Below are positions 23,933-35,897 of a stretch of 64,000 nucleotides of DNA, piece after piece; position 1 is the first letter of the stretch, and each line of letters starts with the position of its first letter. The stretch comes from Trichosphaerium sp. ATCC 40318. Lineage: Eukaryota > Protista > Tubulinea. Location: the NCBI GenBank assembly GCA_038496445.1, contig JALMLS010000354.1, positions 1 through 64,000 of the forward strand. The letters run 5' to 3'. The position numbers and the translations under genes were made by a program. The notes under the pieces are model-generated. The model was given only the letters and a program-made list of their open reading frames with translations, did no database searches and was not told the DNA's origin.

Positions 23933-25021
23933 TCACTGGAGAAAATGGTCTTCTGGGTTACTTTCTGGTTCAAATATAACACCAAGCCTATCTTCAATAT
24001 CTGAATCCCAATCGAAGTCATGTATATATCCCCGAAAAACTTTTAAACAATCGCAACTTGCCAGAAAATCAATACAATCATTTGACAGATTAGAACAACC
24101 ATAAACGCAAATAAACTCAGCATTATGCAACTGACAAATACCATCATCTGTAATGTTATTGTTGTAATGAATTGTCAACTTTTTGACTTTTTTCAAAACA
24201 TGAAGCCATTCATCTGTTGCATGTGGTCCCAGATGTATAGTATGAACATTGCAGATACACTTAATACCTTCTAAAGTTATACAGGTACATCCTCCCAAAT
24301 CAATTTCATGGACAGTTGTGAGTACCTTCAAAGACTCGTCTGTAATGTTTGTATGGCTCAAATCTATTGCATGAACACTTGTTGTTCCTTTTGTGAGTGC
24401 TTTAATACCTTTGTCTGAAATGCTAGTGCAGCTTAAATGTATAGTGTGTACGCCAGATAAGCATTCTAATCCATCATCTGTAATGTTAGTTTCAGTAAGA
24501 TTGATGGTATGTACACCAGCAAGGCACATAATACTCTCTTTTGATACATCACATGTCTCAAGATTTATTGTATGTATCCCTGAAAATAGTCTAATAACAT
24601 CATAACATGCATCGACTGGCAACATCAAGTCATGTACACCAATAATAGCTTTATAACCTTCTACACTTGCGCATGTATGACAAGCGCTAATGTGCAATGT
24701 ATGTACGCCCTTGAGACAAACTAAATGCGCATCAGAGAGCCAAGAAGCACTTTGGGCATCATATTCTTTCCCAAGTTTTATTTTTGTGTTTTTGAGCAAT
24801 GGGCTTCCTTTTAAGAACGCAAACATGCTCAGTTCCGGCTCTTTTGTTATTAATATAAAATCTAATCCTATATTGGTGCGAATGATATCTTTGAAGCGGT
24901 GAGATACAGCAGAAGCTGTAATTCTTGATTGTCGTGGTAAAAAGTATAAAATATGGCTCAATATCTCAGATGGAACATAGCACGCATAATTTACCCGTTT
25001 TACTACTCGTTTCGCGGCCAT
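23933..25021 (-). CDS. F-box/LRR protein, intronless
   Basis: F-box VPSEILSHILYFLP...SAVSHRF; ~21-aa LRRs LAGVHTINLTETNITDDGL. Confidence 0.9.
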   Translation of the reverse strand: MAAKRVVKRVNYACYVPSEILSHILYFLPRQSRITASAVSHRFKDIIRTNIGLDFILITKEPELSMFAFLKGSPLLKNTKIKLGKEYDAQSASWLSDAHLVCLKGVHTLHISACHTCASVEGYKAIIGVHDLMLPVDACYDVIRLFSGIHTINLETCDVSKESIMCLAGVHTINLTETNITDDGLECLSGVHTIHLSCTSISDKGIKALTKGTTSVHAIDLSHTNITDESLKVLTTVHEIDLGGCTCITLEGIKCICNVHTIHLGPHATDEWLHVLKKVKKLTIHYNNNITDDGICQLHNAEFICVYGCSNLSNDCIDFLASCDCLKVFRGYIHDFDWDSDIEDRLGVIFEPESNPEDHFLQ

Positions 25022-25182
25022 AGCTTAATCCCGAAGCAACACCGGTTTGCTGCACGTCAGTTGCAAGCACGTGCTTTTTTGGATCAAGTAGCAGGAATGG
25101 TCAATCCAAGTCAATCTGGTTTGTTTAGTAAATCGCTACCACAAATCAACACAAACCGGATTGGAGACTTACCTAACATTAT

Positions 25183-26309
25183 ATGACCGCGCCAATAGTA
25201 CCAGGGGAGATAGTGTACCATATACTCGCTTTTGTTGATGATTTACCTACAAAGCGTGCTGTGACGCTTGTATGCTCTTATTGGCGCACTGCCATAATAT
25301 CTACAACAACGACACTTGATATTTCGCATCTTTGTCCAAAGAAATACATTCACTTCAGTTATTTTCCGAAATACTCAAAAATGAAGGCACTGTTTGCGTT
25401 TTTTCATAATGTACACACTGTAAAGGTACTCATTCATAAAGAACGTAAAAAAAACCGTACATCCAAGTACCTCACGTGCCAGCTGGTCTTTTTGCCAAAA
25501 TAGAAGGGATCTCTTGTTGCTGTTTAGTTCTGACTGTTATTAGATTTGTGATATTGCTGTTTACTATCATACATTCTGGCAACTTGGATGTGCTGTGATT
25601 TCTGGAAAACTAGGACTAGAAGAAGAGATAGGATATGAGGCATATAATAACTACAAGGATGTTGCTAAACTTGAGTCACCGCTGTTTGAGAATCACCTAC
25701 TTGTAAAAAGTGCGGACAACCCTTTTTGACACTTAATTTCAACCTGACTGTTTGTTGATAGTGATGAGGCAAAAAAGCAGTTGTACACCGATTACCAGTT
25801 TAGTTTTTTCTAATTGTGACATTAAGTATTGGCATGGCAAGTATTTTAAGGGTTAAGAACCACTAACATTAAAATTACAGCTGGGTGGCCTTATGGAATG
25901 TTTGCAGGTGTTGCACTATTTAGAGCTTTAGCGCATAAAGATACTGTATTTACAGTTGATGTTTCTGGATCTACTGGAGATGGGTTAAAGCGCTTGTACA
26001 CCCAAGGACTACAAAGTACGTTACTGTAATCATTGAGCATAACTTGCCATATTTCTTGTTAGTACCAAAAAGGTTACATAACTCCAGTTTGCGCCCATTA
26101 GTATCTCACTTTGAAAGTAGAAATATCGTATCTTCCTCTTTACCTTGTAGGTAAATGGATGTTTATCATGTCAGGTGCTGATATACCAGAGAATGGGAAA
26201 AAAGGTACTGGACAAGTTTTTTGGTTGCATTTCTTTGACGTTTTGTTCAGTTATACGAAGTGCTGTTGATCATTTGATGACACAAGCATCATCATATACA
26301 TCAAATTGA
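25183..26309 (+). CDS. F-box protein, multi-exon (3' end approximate)
   Basis: F-box VPGEIVYHILAFVDDLPTKRAVTLVCSYWR, followed by splice-consistent exons. Confidence 0.65.
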
Positions 26310-26458
26310 TTGTGGTAATTTCAAGGACTTACTCGGGAAGAAAAGTCAGCTTTGTAAAACAGAGCTCCAGTATTCACTGAAAGCAATAATATAATATTTG
26401 ACTGAAATAACGTTTTCTTTTTACTACTTGCTGTGAGAATTGACTTGGCGTGCAAAAA

Positions 26459-27596
26459 ATGGCGTTAAACTTCAAAGCAATGCTTGCTGAGGCGCGCAAA
26501 CAGAAAGCGGCCGAAATGAGCGCAAAGTTACTTAATACCAACACAACAAAAGAAATTGAACCTGTGGAAGCATCAAAAACCAAAAATGAACTGATTAACG
26601 AGACGCCGTTCGAATTTTGTAGTTTGGCGCCTTCAGAGTTTTCTTTGGAAGCACATAACGTCGGTGGGGCTATTAAGAACATTTTTTATATTCCTGACTT
26701 TATAACTGAACAAGAAGAACTTTCTATAGCCTCAAAGGTATTAAAACGTAGTTAAATCATCAAGTGGACCACTGTTACCTCGCAACTATAACTCAAAGCC
26801 TAGATCTCCAACGCGCCTCCAGAAAGGTGGACACAGCTAAGCAGAAGGCGTTTACAAATGTGGGGTACGTTCACGAGTCGTTTTGGATCGGTTTAATACT
26901 GCCTCAAGGCGGAACGCCTTCTGCCTCTGGAATGAAAAAAGTAAGAATGACAACCTTTCATATTTTCGTTCTTCTCATCTATGGATACATTAGGAACCTC
27001 TACCGCAGTGGCTTGATGCTATAGGTCAAAAGTTATACAATTGTAAAATATTTCCTCGATCTCCTAATCACGTGCTGATAAATGCATACGAAGCTGGAGA
27101 AGGCATTATGGTACCCTTTTTTTTTTTTTTTGAAAGATTATTGTACAATCTTTCATCCCTCCAACACCTTTTGCTTATCCACACTATAGCCTCATAAAGA
27201 CGGACCTTTGTATTACCCTCGTGTTTGTATATTATCTTTACAGTCCACCAGTACGACTGTGCTTCAAGAATTTAGCTAACGGTGATGGCGTAGCTCAACT
27301 TGATTTTCGAAGTGGATTAAAGGACAACCCAACAGCAACAGTAACACTTGCTCCTCGAAGTCTTCTTATCTTTGAAAAGGAATCATATGTTTCTTACTAT
27401 CATGGTATAGAAGAGACAAAAGAAAATCTAATTACAGAAAAATGTATTAATACAAAGAAGAGCCACAAAATTGGCTATAAATTTCCAAGGTACAAAAATA
27501 TAATAATCAAACCAAGCACATCTAACTCCATTTCCAAAAAAAAGATCCCTTCGCACATCTCTTACAATAAGGATTGTTCCAAATGTTATAGAGTAA
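26459..27596 (+). CDS. ALKBH6: AlkB homologue 6 (2OG-Fe(II) dioxygenase), multi-exon
   Basis: [68 protein letters not shown]. Confidence 0.92.
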
Positions 27597-27832
27597 AATA
27601 ACAGCTGTAAAAAACGTCGAGTGGGTTCAAGTACAATATCAAAAACATGTGACTATTTTGTTTTCGTAAACTAAAACCTAACTTTATTTATCTATGCGCC
27701 AAGCCTGAGGCTTGGGCCATTTTTTAACAACTTACCTCGGCACTCGCTGAGGGTAGTGACATCAGTCTTATTATCACTTTGCAACAGGCATTGCGACATT
27801 CAAACAGGATAAACTTGCATAGTTCTTTCATA

Positions 27833-28804
27833 TCAGAACGGGAAATATTTTGCTTTAGTGTGCAAATTCACACGTGTGTATCTTCTTATTGTTTGGATGC
27901 ATTGCTCTGTTATGTGACAACCTGTTATATTGACTGTATGAGCACTTTTGAGTGGTATGATATCTTGATTTGTGACACTTGTATCTGATAGCTCAATGTT
28001 GTGTACACCTGCCAATACCTTAATTCCTTCGTCTGTAACTTTTTCGCAATACGCTAAGTTAATGGTATGAGTTCCAGCAAGAGCAAACAATGCTTCATCT
28101 GTTACGTTTGTGTTTGATAAATCAAGTTCGTGTACGCCCGCCAATGCTTTAATACCTTCATTTGTAATTAGTCTACAATCTGCTATGTTAATAGTATGAG
28201 CTCCAGCAATAGTAAACAGCGATTCATCTGTTATCCAAGTATTCTTTAAAGAGATTAAGTGAATTGAATTTGTATTGCCTACTAGTGCTTTGATTCCTGA
28301 ATCTGTTACTGCCGTGCGTTCAAGATAAATAGTATGCACTCCTCTCAAAGCTGATATGCCTCTATCACTGATGTTACTGCAATGTGTAAGGTTAATAGAG
28401 TGTACACCTTGCAATGCAATCAACCCAGCATCTGAAACTGTAGTGCCACTCAAGTTGATTGTATGAACACCAGCAAGAGAAACAATGGAAATGTTACTAA
28501 ACTTGGTGTTTGACAAATCGATGGTATGTACTCCAGCAAGCATTTTTATAGCTCTAGTATTCATACGAATGCTACTAGCAAGAGGATCGACTATTGTTAT
28601 ATCTATATTTTGGAGCAGCTGGCTACCAGAAAGGCGTTTGCACTTATAACAATGGCCTATACTGATTTTCCCATAGTGGAAATGCACGTGAACAATTTGA
28701 CAAAGTAGTGAGCACGTTAATCGTATACATCGCAGCGACACACCAGGTAGAAATTGTAAAATACTAACTAACATCTCTGTAGGCAACTCATCCATTATGT
28801 TCAT
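27833..28804 (-). CDS. F-box/LRR protein, intronless (paralogue of 23933-25021)
   Basis: F-box LPTEMLVSILQFLP...LTCSLL; about 11 LAGVHTINLS-type LRRs. First in-frame ATG at 28804. Confidence 0.9.
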   Translation of the reverse strand: MNIMDELPTEMLVSILQFLPGVSLRCIRLTCSLLCQIVHVHFHYGKISIGHCYKCKRLSGSQLLQNIDITIVDPLASSIRMNTRAIKMLAGVHTIDLSNTKFSNISIVSLAGVHTINLSGTTVSDAGLIALQGVHSINLTHCSNISDRGISALRGVHTIYLERTAVTDSGIKALVGNTNSIHLISLKNTWITDESLFTIAGAHTINIADCRLITNEGIKALAGVHELDLSNTNVTDEALFALAGTHTINLAYCEKVTDEGIKVLAGVHNIELSDTSVTNQDIIPLKSAHTVNITGCHITEQCIQTIRRYTRVNLHTKAKYFPF

Positions 28805-28828
28805 TCCTGGGCAAAACACGTCAGCAAG

Positions 28829-30484
28829 ATGCTGTTAGAACAAGCCTACGTGGACCGTACAATATACTCACTTTGTTGTTATGACTCTCTTGTGTTGCTG
28901 TGCTGAGGTAGAAATGATAAACTGTCAACGTGGTTTGTTATTGATGTTGCCTTGAAGCACTTCTGGTTAAGGCCTGGTACGTTTCAAGGAAAAAAAAGAA
29001 CACAGCAAAAACCACGTGGCAACGTCAATGGTAGATGGTGTATACGTTCGTGTTGTCTAATCGGTTTGATGTGACGGTTGCCACATTTTTTGAGCTGTTT
29101 TTTAAGACAAAAGACTTTGAAACAAAGTATCACGGTAACGCAGGCCATACTGGTATGTGAAGCCAATAGAGCGCTTTTTGAAGGCTAATTACCTTTTTTA
29201 GGCGTGTATATTACAGAATGGATGGATTTACCTGATAATCGCTCATTCAAGCGTGTTTGCTTCTTTAAAACGCATGAAAACAAAGGTACAAGCTAAACCA
29301 AAACTGTCGTTAATTCTAATCAATAAAGACGCTCCCGCGAAGTGTATAGATACGCAAAAATACCATTTTAGCGAAGTAAGTGAATATTTATTTGAATTAC
29401 GCTGTGAACCGATAGAATAGGATGGAACACTTCATATCGAGTGTAACGTAGTGCCAGAAGGTCAAGTAAACACAATAGGCAATTTTTTTCGGTACAATGG
29501 TTGTAGATAGCTGGAAACCTCATTTTATTATAGAATTCAATCAAAATGGTCAATTACTGCAACAACAGAGTCGCAAATTGAAGTTAAAATCAGCGTGGAG
29601 GTGGAATGCACCAAAAAAGTTTTTGGAGTAACTGACATGATCGAAAGTGCAATGAGCAAACAGGTACGTCCCATGCCCACCACAATACATTTATGAACTT
29701 CGCATCGTTCTTAACATATTTGTAATTTACAAAGTACACAATCAAACTTCATGCTTCGGATTATGATTCAAACGTCGGATGTTTGAATCATGATTGATAT
29801 GAGTAAGACGTTAACATCTGCTAGATGAATACAACATACACCTCTTGGCTTACACTATGTCGTGCGAGATTAAATGAATGGCGTGAGGCACAGGATAGGC
29901 TAAAAAAAACTGATAAAAAAAGTAAATCTGGAAGCAGCAGTAATAATGTTTCTGTTGCTCATAGACGCGGAAGGAGAAATAGATTGGTACTTAGTATTTT
30001 TTTTTTAAGGCTTTGTAACAAGTTTTTTATTTTCTTTTGTTGTGACATCCTGTGTAGAATAGGATCGTTTCCGGAACTGAGAATATTGTGAGAATGTTTC
30101 AAGAAGAAAGTAACACTGTGACACAACCTTCTTATCAAAACTACTCAACGCATAAAGAAAAAGATAAAGGTAGCGACGGAGAGGAAGGTAAGCAAAACCA
30201 ACAAAAAAAAAAAAGTTTATTTCAGCACAGTGACTTTTTCAATCACGTGTTTTATTGCTATTCTTTATTTGGTTTTAACTTTTCTTGTTCTCTGTCTAGA
30301 CAACGATCATGTCTCAATCTCTATGCCTATGATGTCTTCCACACAAAGTAGATTCGATAGAAGTACTTTTAGCGTGATACCTAAACACAACAAGAAATGT
30401 ACAGCGCTTCATTACATTACTATAGCTGTTTCTCTTATAGTTGTTCTGCTCTTGTTGTATCAACTATGTTCATCTCTCCTATAA
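28829..30484 (+). CDS. VASt/StART-like lipid-transfer protein with C-terminal TM anchor (multi-exon; start uncertain)
   Basis: DFETKYHGNAGHTGVYITEW...R, FYYRIQSKWSITAT...VKISVEVECTKKVFGVTDMIESAM; terminal TM YITIAVSLIVVLLLLYQL. Confidence 0.65.
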
Positions 30485-30629
30485 ACAAGTAATAATAATA
30501 AAATAAAACAAGTACCATAGTCGAAACAACCACGTCACCGGTAGACGGAGAAATGCGCAAGTATGTTTCTCTGAAATTGGCAAGTGCACTTAAACAGTGG
30601 CTTATTCATACTCCCAAAGGTCTCAGTAA

Positions 30630-31663
30630 ATGAGCTGGGGTACTGAGTGTGTTACCAGCATGTTTATTTATTAATATAGAATAGAGGACGACGATTTTGA
30701 CCCTACACCACTAAAAAACACCAGCATTGGCGTAAATAGTGCTTCTAAAAAGCAAAGGAGCGTTGAAGAAGAGGAAAAAGCCGTTTCAATGTCAGAGCCT
30801 TCAAATACTCCAAAAGCGACCCAAAAACGCACAAAAACTGAGTATCAAAGCAAACAAGCCAATCAAACCAAAACAGTAACACAAAATTCTAACGACGGTC
30901 ACAAAACCACAAGTGAAACAACTGAAGCTCCTCAAAACATTAAAACCAAACGTAACAAATCAAGAAAAAAACAGAACGCACAAAACAAAGATGTACGTAG
31001 CATAAGCATCCTATCCTATGCCTTAACCTTCTTTTAAAGAATGATGCTGTCATTCTAGTACCTCCAAAGCAGTTGACACTAGTACCATACGATAGAGTAC
31101 GTGATCATTGGCCTAAACTAGGGAACCATATTATCGCATCGTACACAGATACAGCTGTACTTGTGTATCAAGCGTTTAATGATAAGATTGCGGATTATGC
31201 ATTGAAGCATCAGAAGTTCGATGGTTGCCCTTCATACAACACAACAAGAATGACATGGATAAAAACAAACTTTCTATGGATGATGCACAGAAGCCTATAT
31301 GGGTCTAAAAAGAACCAAAACAGAGTTCTTGGTCTATGGCTTAAGAAATCTGTTTTCGATGAGATTTTAAGCAAGGGTAGACTTAAGGGTAAAGGTGCGG
31401 GCAAGACAAGAGTACAGTGGGATCCAGATTATACTCCAGAGTTCCTTGTTCTTAAAAGAAGAAGAGATATTCAAATTGGTATTAAAGGAAGAGATAGCTT
31501 TAGAACAGGCGAAGATTTTGTTGCTATTGTTGATTGTAGTCAATTGGCACGTGAATCAAAGGCTACAAGATCTATACCTGATGAACGTGTTTATACGCCT
31601 ATTGACAAAGAAGTATATGAAAATCTAGGGTTGGATAAGTTTAACAGTAAGACCAAGAAATAA
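30630..31663 (+). CDS. DUF4291-domain protein with low-complexity N-terminus (3 exons)
   Basis: VYQAF...RMTWIKTNFLWMMHRS...K.NQ.RVL...RVQWDPD...RRDIQIG. Confidence 0.88.
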
Positions 31664-31811
31664 ACAGACAATTTTGATGTAGTAATCTTTTTTTTTTTCT
31701 TATGAGCGAGCCTCATCTTTTAGTTAATGTTTGTAGTATGACGGTATTGATAGCAGCTGATTTATGCCAATTGGCAACCACAAATGGCGTGACAGCGTCT
31801 TCTACGCACAG

Positions 31812-32440
31812 TCACCCTATTATTGGCTCACCATTGTCGCGCCAAACACAGTATTGAACATCAACTATACCATTAAAATAAATACGTTGGAAAAGCAATT
31901 GACCGTTTCTTCTCCAAAGCTTGAACTTGCCCTCAAGCTCACCACAAACGTAGTTACATTGTGATTCTATTTGTCCAGAATCATACCACTTCCTGCTCTC
32001 CTTCTAGTTTACCAGCAACAAAATTGCACTAGTACTCCAAAACACCGTTTTCATGCCAACCTTTGGACTCTCCTTCTTGTTTATCAGCAATGTAGTACTC
32101 TAGCGAAGATAATTGACCGTTTTCATGCCAATCTTTGGACTCTCCATGTAGTTTACCTGCCACGTGATTGCTCTGGGAGGCTAAAAAACCTCTCAACCAT
32201 CGGTTTTGTTCTCCATGTTTTTCGCCATGTTTCCAATGCCCTTCCAGTGTAACGTACCTTTTGTTGGGATTTGTTAGCCATTTTCCCGTGTTTTTTCATT
32301 TCAGCATCAAACCTTGTTGTAATTGCTGTATATTTCGAAAGCAGAGGCCAAATAACATAAACTGAGAAATCTAAATCAATAATATCAAGCTGAATCTCCA
32401 CTGGAAGCCTCAGAAGAAGGCAGGGTTCGCATCTCTCTTT
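31812..32440 (-). pseudogene. Disrupted intronless F-box-like plus MORN-variant (YwqK-type) repeat gene
   Basis: LRLPVEIQLDIIDLDFSVYVIWPLLSK, then GKLHGESKDWHENGQL, DKQEGESKGWHENGVLEY*, GKLEGE/RKWYDSGQI, GELEGKFKLWRRNGQL. One in-frame TAG, two frameshifts and no in-frame ATG. Confidence 0.8.
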
Positions 32441-32716
32441 TCTTATGTTGAGTTCGTCTGAAAATTACGGACGTTCATTGGCTGCACGTGTTAGCACTGA
32501 GTAAGTTCTACAATAAATAAACACTACCGAGTACCTAACGAACATTGACATTAGATTACGTTAATAACTCACGTGACTATTCAAACTTAAATGGATGATT
32601 TAATAACAACATTGTATGCTCCGAACAGGGGCACTCCTATATCATAATTACGAAAAGTTATGTCAAGTGACGCAGTGATAGTCTTGTAGTGACTTAACGT
32701 ACCTCTTGCATTGAGG

Positions 32717-32944
32717 GGATTTGACCTGAAATAAATCCATTTTGTGTTAGCGCTAAGCCTGATTTTCTGACGGTTTGTGAACATAGATAGCCCTTGTGCA
32801 ACTCTGCAAGCTATACCATTGGTGTATCCTTGTGGAGTACTTAGCGTGAGTATACGAGCAGAAAGTCACGTGCGTGCTACAAATCGGGAGTGGCCTTTAA
32901 AAAGTAGGCTTAAAGTTATAATATCCATATTTCAGGTCAATTCC
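32717..32944. mobile_element. Short TIR-bounded dispersed repeat (MITE-like family 2), copy 2
   Basis: Ends GGATTTGACCTGAAATA and TATTTCAGGTCAATTCC (16/17 inverted match). Shares GCAACTCTGCAAGCTATACCAT and CAGAAAGTCACGTGC.TGCTACAAAT.GGGAGTGGC with 10713-10901. Confidence 0.72.
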
Positions 32945-33048
32945 GTGACCAAGATTGGCCCTAATTATTTAAGCAGAGAATTATGCCACAACACCTGTTA
33001 TTCTTTATACTACTACTACCAATAAAGGACGTTGTAAATACATAAAAG

Positions 33049-35522
33049 TTATTTAATTTTTTTCTTTTTTTTTTTAGTGTCGACTTCGACTTTTTCTTTT
33101 TCGTTTTCTTTTTCATCTTTGTACAACCATTTCAAAAATACACTTCGTAGATACTTTCCAGCTATGAAACATCTACGAGTAATAGAATACATCGCCTTTA
33201 ACCCTATAACAACTAACAATAAACCAGCTGTGAGCAACAGACCTACAAATCCGCATTTAGAAAAAACAACCAAAAAAACAAAAAAGATAAGAGCGCTCAC
33301 CCATCTCCAAGTGTTCCAGGTCTGGAACCATCACCCACCAATCCCATGATGGTGGTAAAGGTGGGCAAGTGTTATTAGAGGTCTGTAGTATCCGGAGAGT
33401 AAAATCATCTAAGGGCTCATAGACCCAAGGAACATCGTTATGTCGGGTCTAGAAAACTTGGTTTAAAAAAACAGATTCGAAATGATTTGTGTCACGTACA
33501 ACAGCGCGAGCAATCTTGAGCCCGTATCCGAAGCATGTGCTCGTGATTAATAATAATATCAGTGTACCCAAAACAAATACAAGGGCTTCCTCTTGCGTAT
33601 GGACTTCAGCTTTGAGCTGCTATAAAAACCAGTCAAAATCAACAAAACTACAAAATAGCTTGTTTCGTACATCACTTGGTGGTGGGCCAAATATCCGTCT
33701 TGTTACACGCTTTAGATATGTATCAATGAACTCAGGCATAAAAAATCGAAGCACTAGCTTTAAAATATTCAACACAGAGACAAAAACAGCATTGACAACC
33801 GCCCTAACAAAAACAAAAAAAAAAGTTAGTTTCAATTGAAAAAAAAAAAACAAAAAAACTTTGAAGCCACTCCATAGAGTATGTAGATAGTAAATTATTT
33901 TAATACCAATTTAAATGCGTACCGTATATTCATGGTTGATTTTACAACTTCAATCAATACACCAAGGACATGCATAAGGAGAGTTTGAATTGGAGAAAAA
34001 AAATCGACAACACCAATTACTTCGAAAAAATATCCAGCCGCATGAATACAAGGTGTTAATAGATACCACCACAGTATTGATGTTTTAGCCCATAAAAAAT
34101 TAAAGTCAATCACCCTCACAGTGGCCTTTAGTATAGCCCAAAAGTGAGTTGTAATGACCATATAGAAGGACAATATAACGATCCAAAACGGTCTACATAT
34201 GACTGATATGATGGGTCCAAAAATTGGCGCCAATATGCTCCAAACTGGTTGACAGTAGTAAGATAAAGGCCAAAGAATTAGTTTGATTAGTAGTTCCCAA
34301 GGTGCATAGAAAGCATTGAACCAATCAGATCGTTTTAAGTAGTTCAGAAAATACTCCATAAGAACTATCAAAATCACTTGTGCAATATAACGTGCTATTG
34401 TCCACTTTGTGACGACTTTTGTCTGATACCAGGCGTCTTGACGCCAAGATTTCGCAGGCTATGAAACGTAAGATAAAATAAATCAAAAAAAAAAACAATT
34501 AAAAAATAAATCGCACGTGGGTTTAATAAATGGCACGTTGTGCCACTTTGAAAGTTGACAGTTCATACTACTTTACACAATGTGTACAAAAAATAAAAGG
34601 TAAAAAGGTGGCAGGTACCTTTTGTGGGTTTGCAGCAAGAGCGAGAGGTAGTGTCGTTTCGTTTTTTTCTTGATATTTTTGTACACTTTTTAATACAGCT
34701 GAACACGTGCTTGGATCGCCTAATTCTAGCGGTTTACGCCCGTAACTATCCTTTAGGTTGGTATCTGCGCCACGAATAATGAGAAGTGAAGCAACCTGTA
34801 CGTTCAAGTGAGCCATAACGGATTAAAAAGAAAATCCAAATAAAATCCAAAAAAAGAGCCACTTGTGACTTGAGCGTTCAAGTGTTCAGCACTTGTTGAA
34901 ACGATTGTTACTAGTAAGTACTAGAATGGCAACGTGCTATTTGACGCGCTGTGGGGAGAACTTTGAAAAACCACCAAAAACTGGGAGTGTAGTACCTTGA
35001 TTTTGTTGCTATTCATTGCTAGATGTAGCGGTGTATATCTCTCTCTGTTACGGGCACTTAACAAGGCTCCCTCGTCCAATAACATTGCCACAACCTGTAC
35101 ACGTCATCATATTAGCGCGGGAATAAATTACGACTAAAATGGGCGGCATTCAAGGGTGTATACGTGTGTAAAGAAAAATAACGTTAAGAATTTCTGATAA
35201 ATGTAAAACACCTCCTGGACCATAGCCACACGCGTGCAGTGTATAATGGTTGGGTTTTACACTCCATGCTGTTCATTCGATACCACAGTGTATCAAATCC
35301 AGCGGACAATTGTAAAAATACGTTCCGTACCTTCGTACTACCTTGTAGAGCAGCATAGTGGAGTGGAGTGAACCCAATCTGATCCATGTCATTTATATAC
35401 ATACTTTGAGTCTTCATAAGCTTAGCTAGTGCCTGGGCATTCCCTTGCTGGACTACTTTAAATATTTCTGGCACACGAGGGGATGGAGGCGTATGAACCA
35501 CTGAGCTCTCCATACGAGGCAT
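33049..35522 (-). CDS. Ankyrin-repeat, multi-pass membrane protein (multi-exon; apparent frameshift near 33330)
   Basis: GFTPLHYAA, TPLHLAM, GADTNLKDSYGRKPLEL, followed by long hydrophobic Trp-rich segments. Confidence 0.7.
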
Positions 35523-35897
35523 TTTATATCAATACAGTGCCATGAGCGGTTATACAATTACACTAATGCCTATTTATCGAAATTTCGTAAATATCAGAAC
35601 AAGGCCTTGTTGCAACGTCAACACAAGTCAATAAACATAAGACAATCACTCACTTTTTGGCCTGCCATCCCTGTTTACAGATTGTAATAGTCTGGTGTAA
35701 TCGTGCGTATACCTTGTGGAGATTTTTTGAAAGTACAATGACGACCTCACTAGGTCCATCTTACACCAAGGAATGGTGCTTGCAAGGAGCGTACTAGCTG
35801 ATTGAGTGTAGGGTGCAAGTGTTTACGGCACGTGATTACTGTGTGGTGTTCATGTTACTATACAAGGGTTTTTTATTTCTTTTTTTCTTTGACACTA

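Noticed and set aside
27615-27640. GGTTCAAGT B-box-like motif suggesting a tRNA
   Set aside because: No acceptor stem, D-arm or anticodon arm around it.
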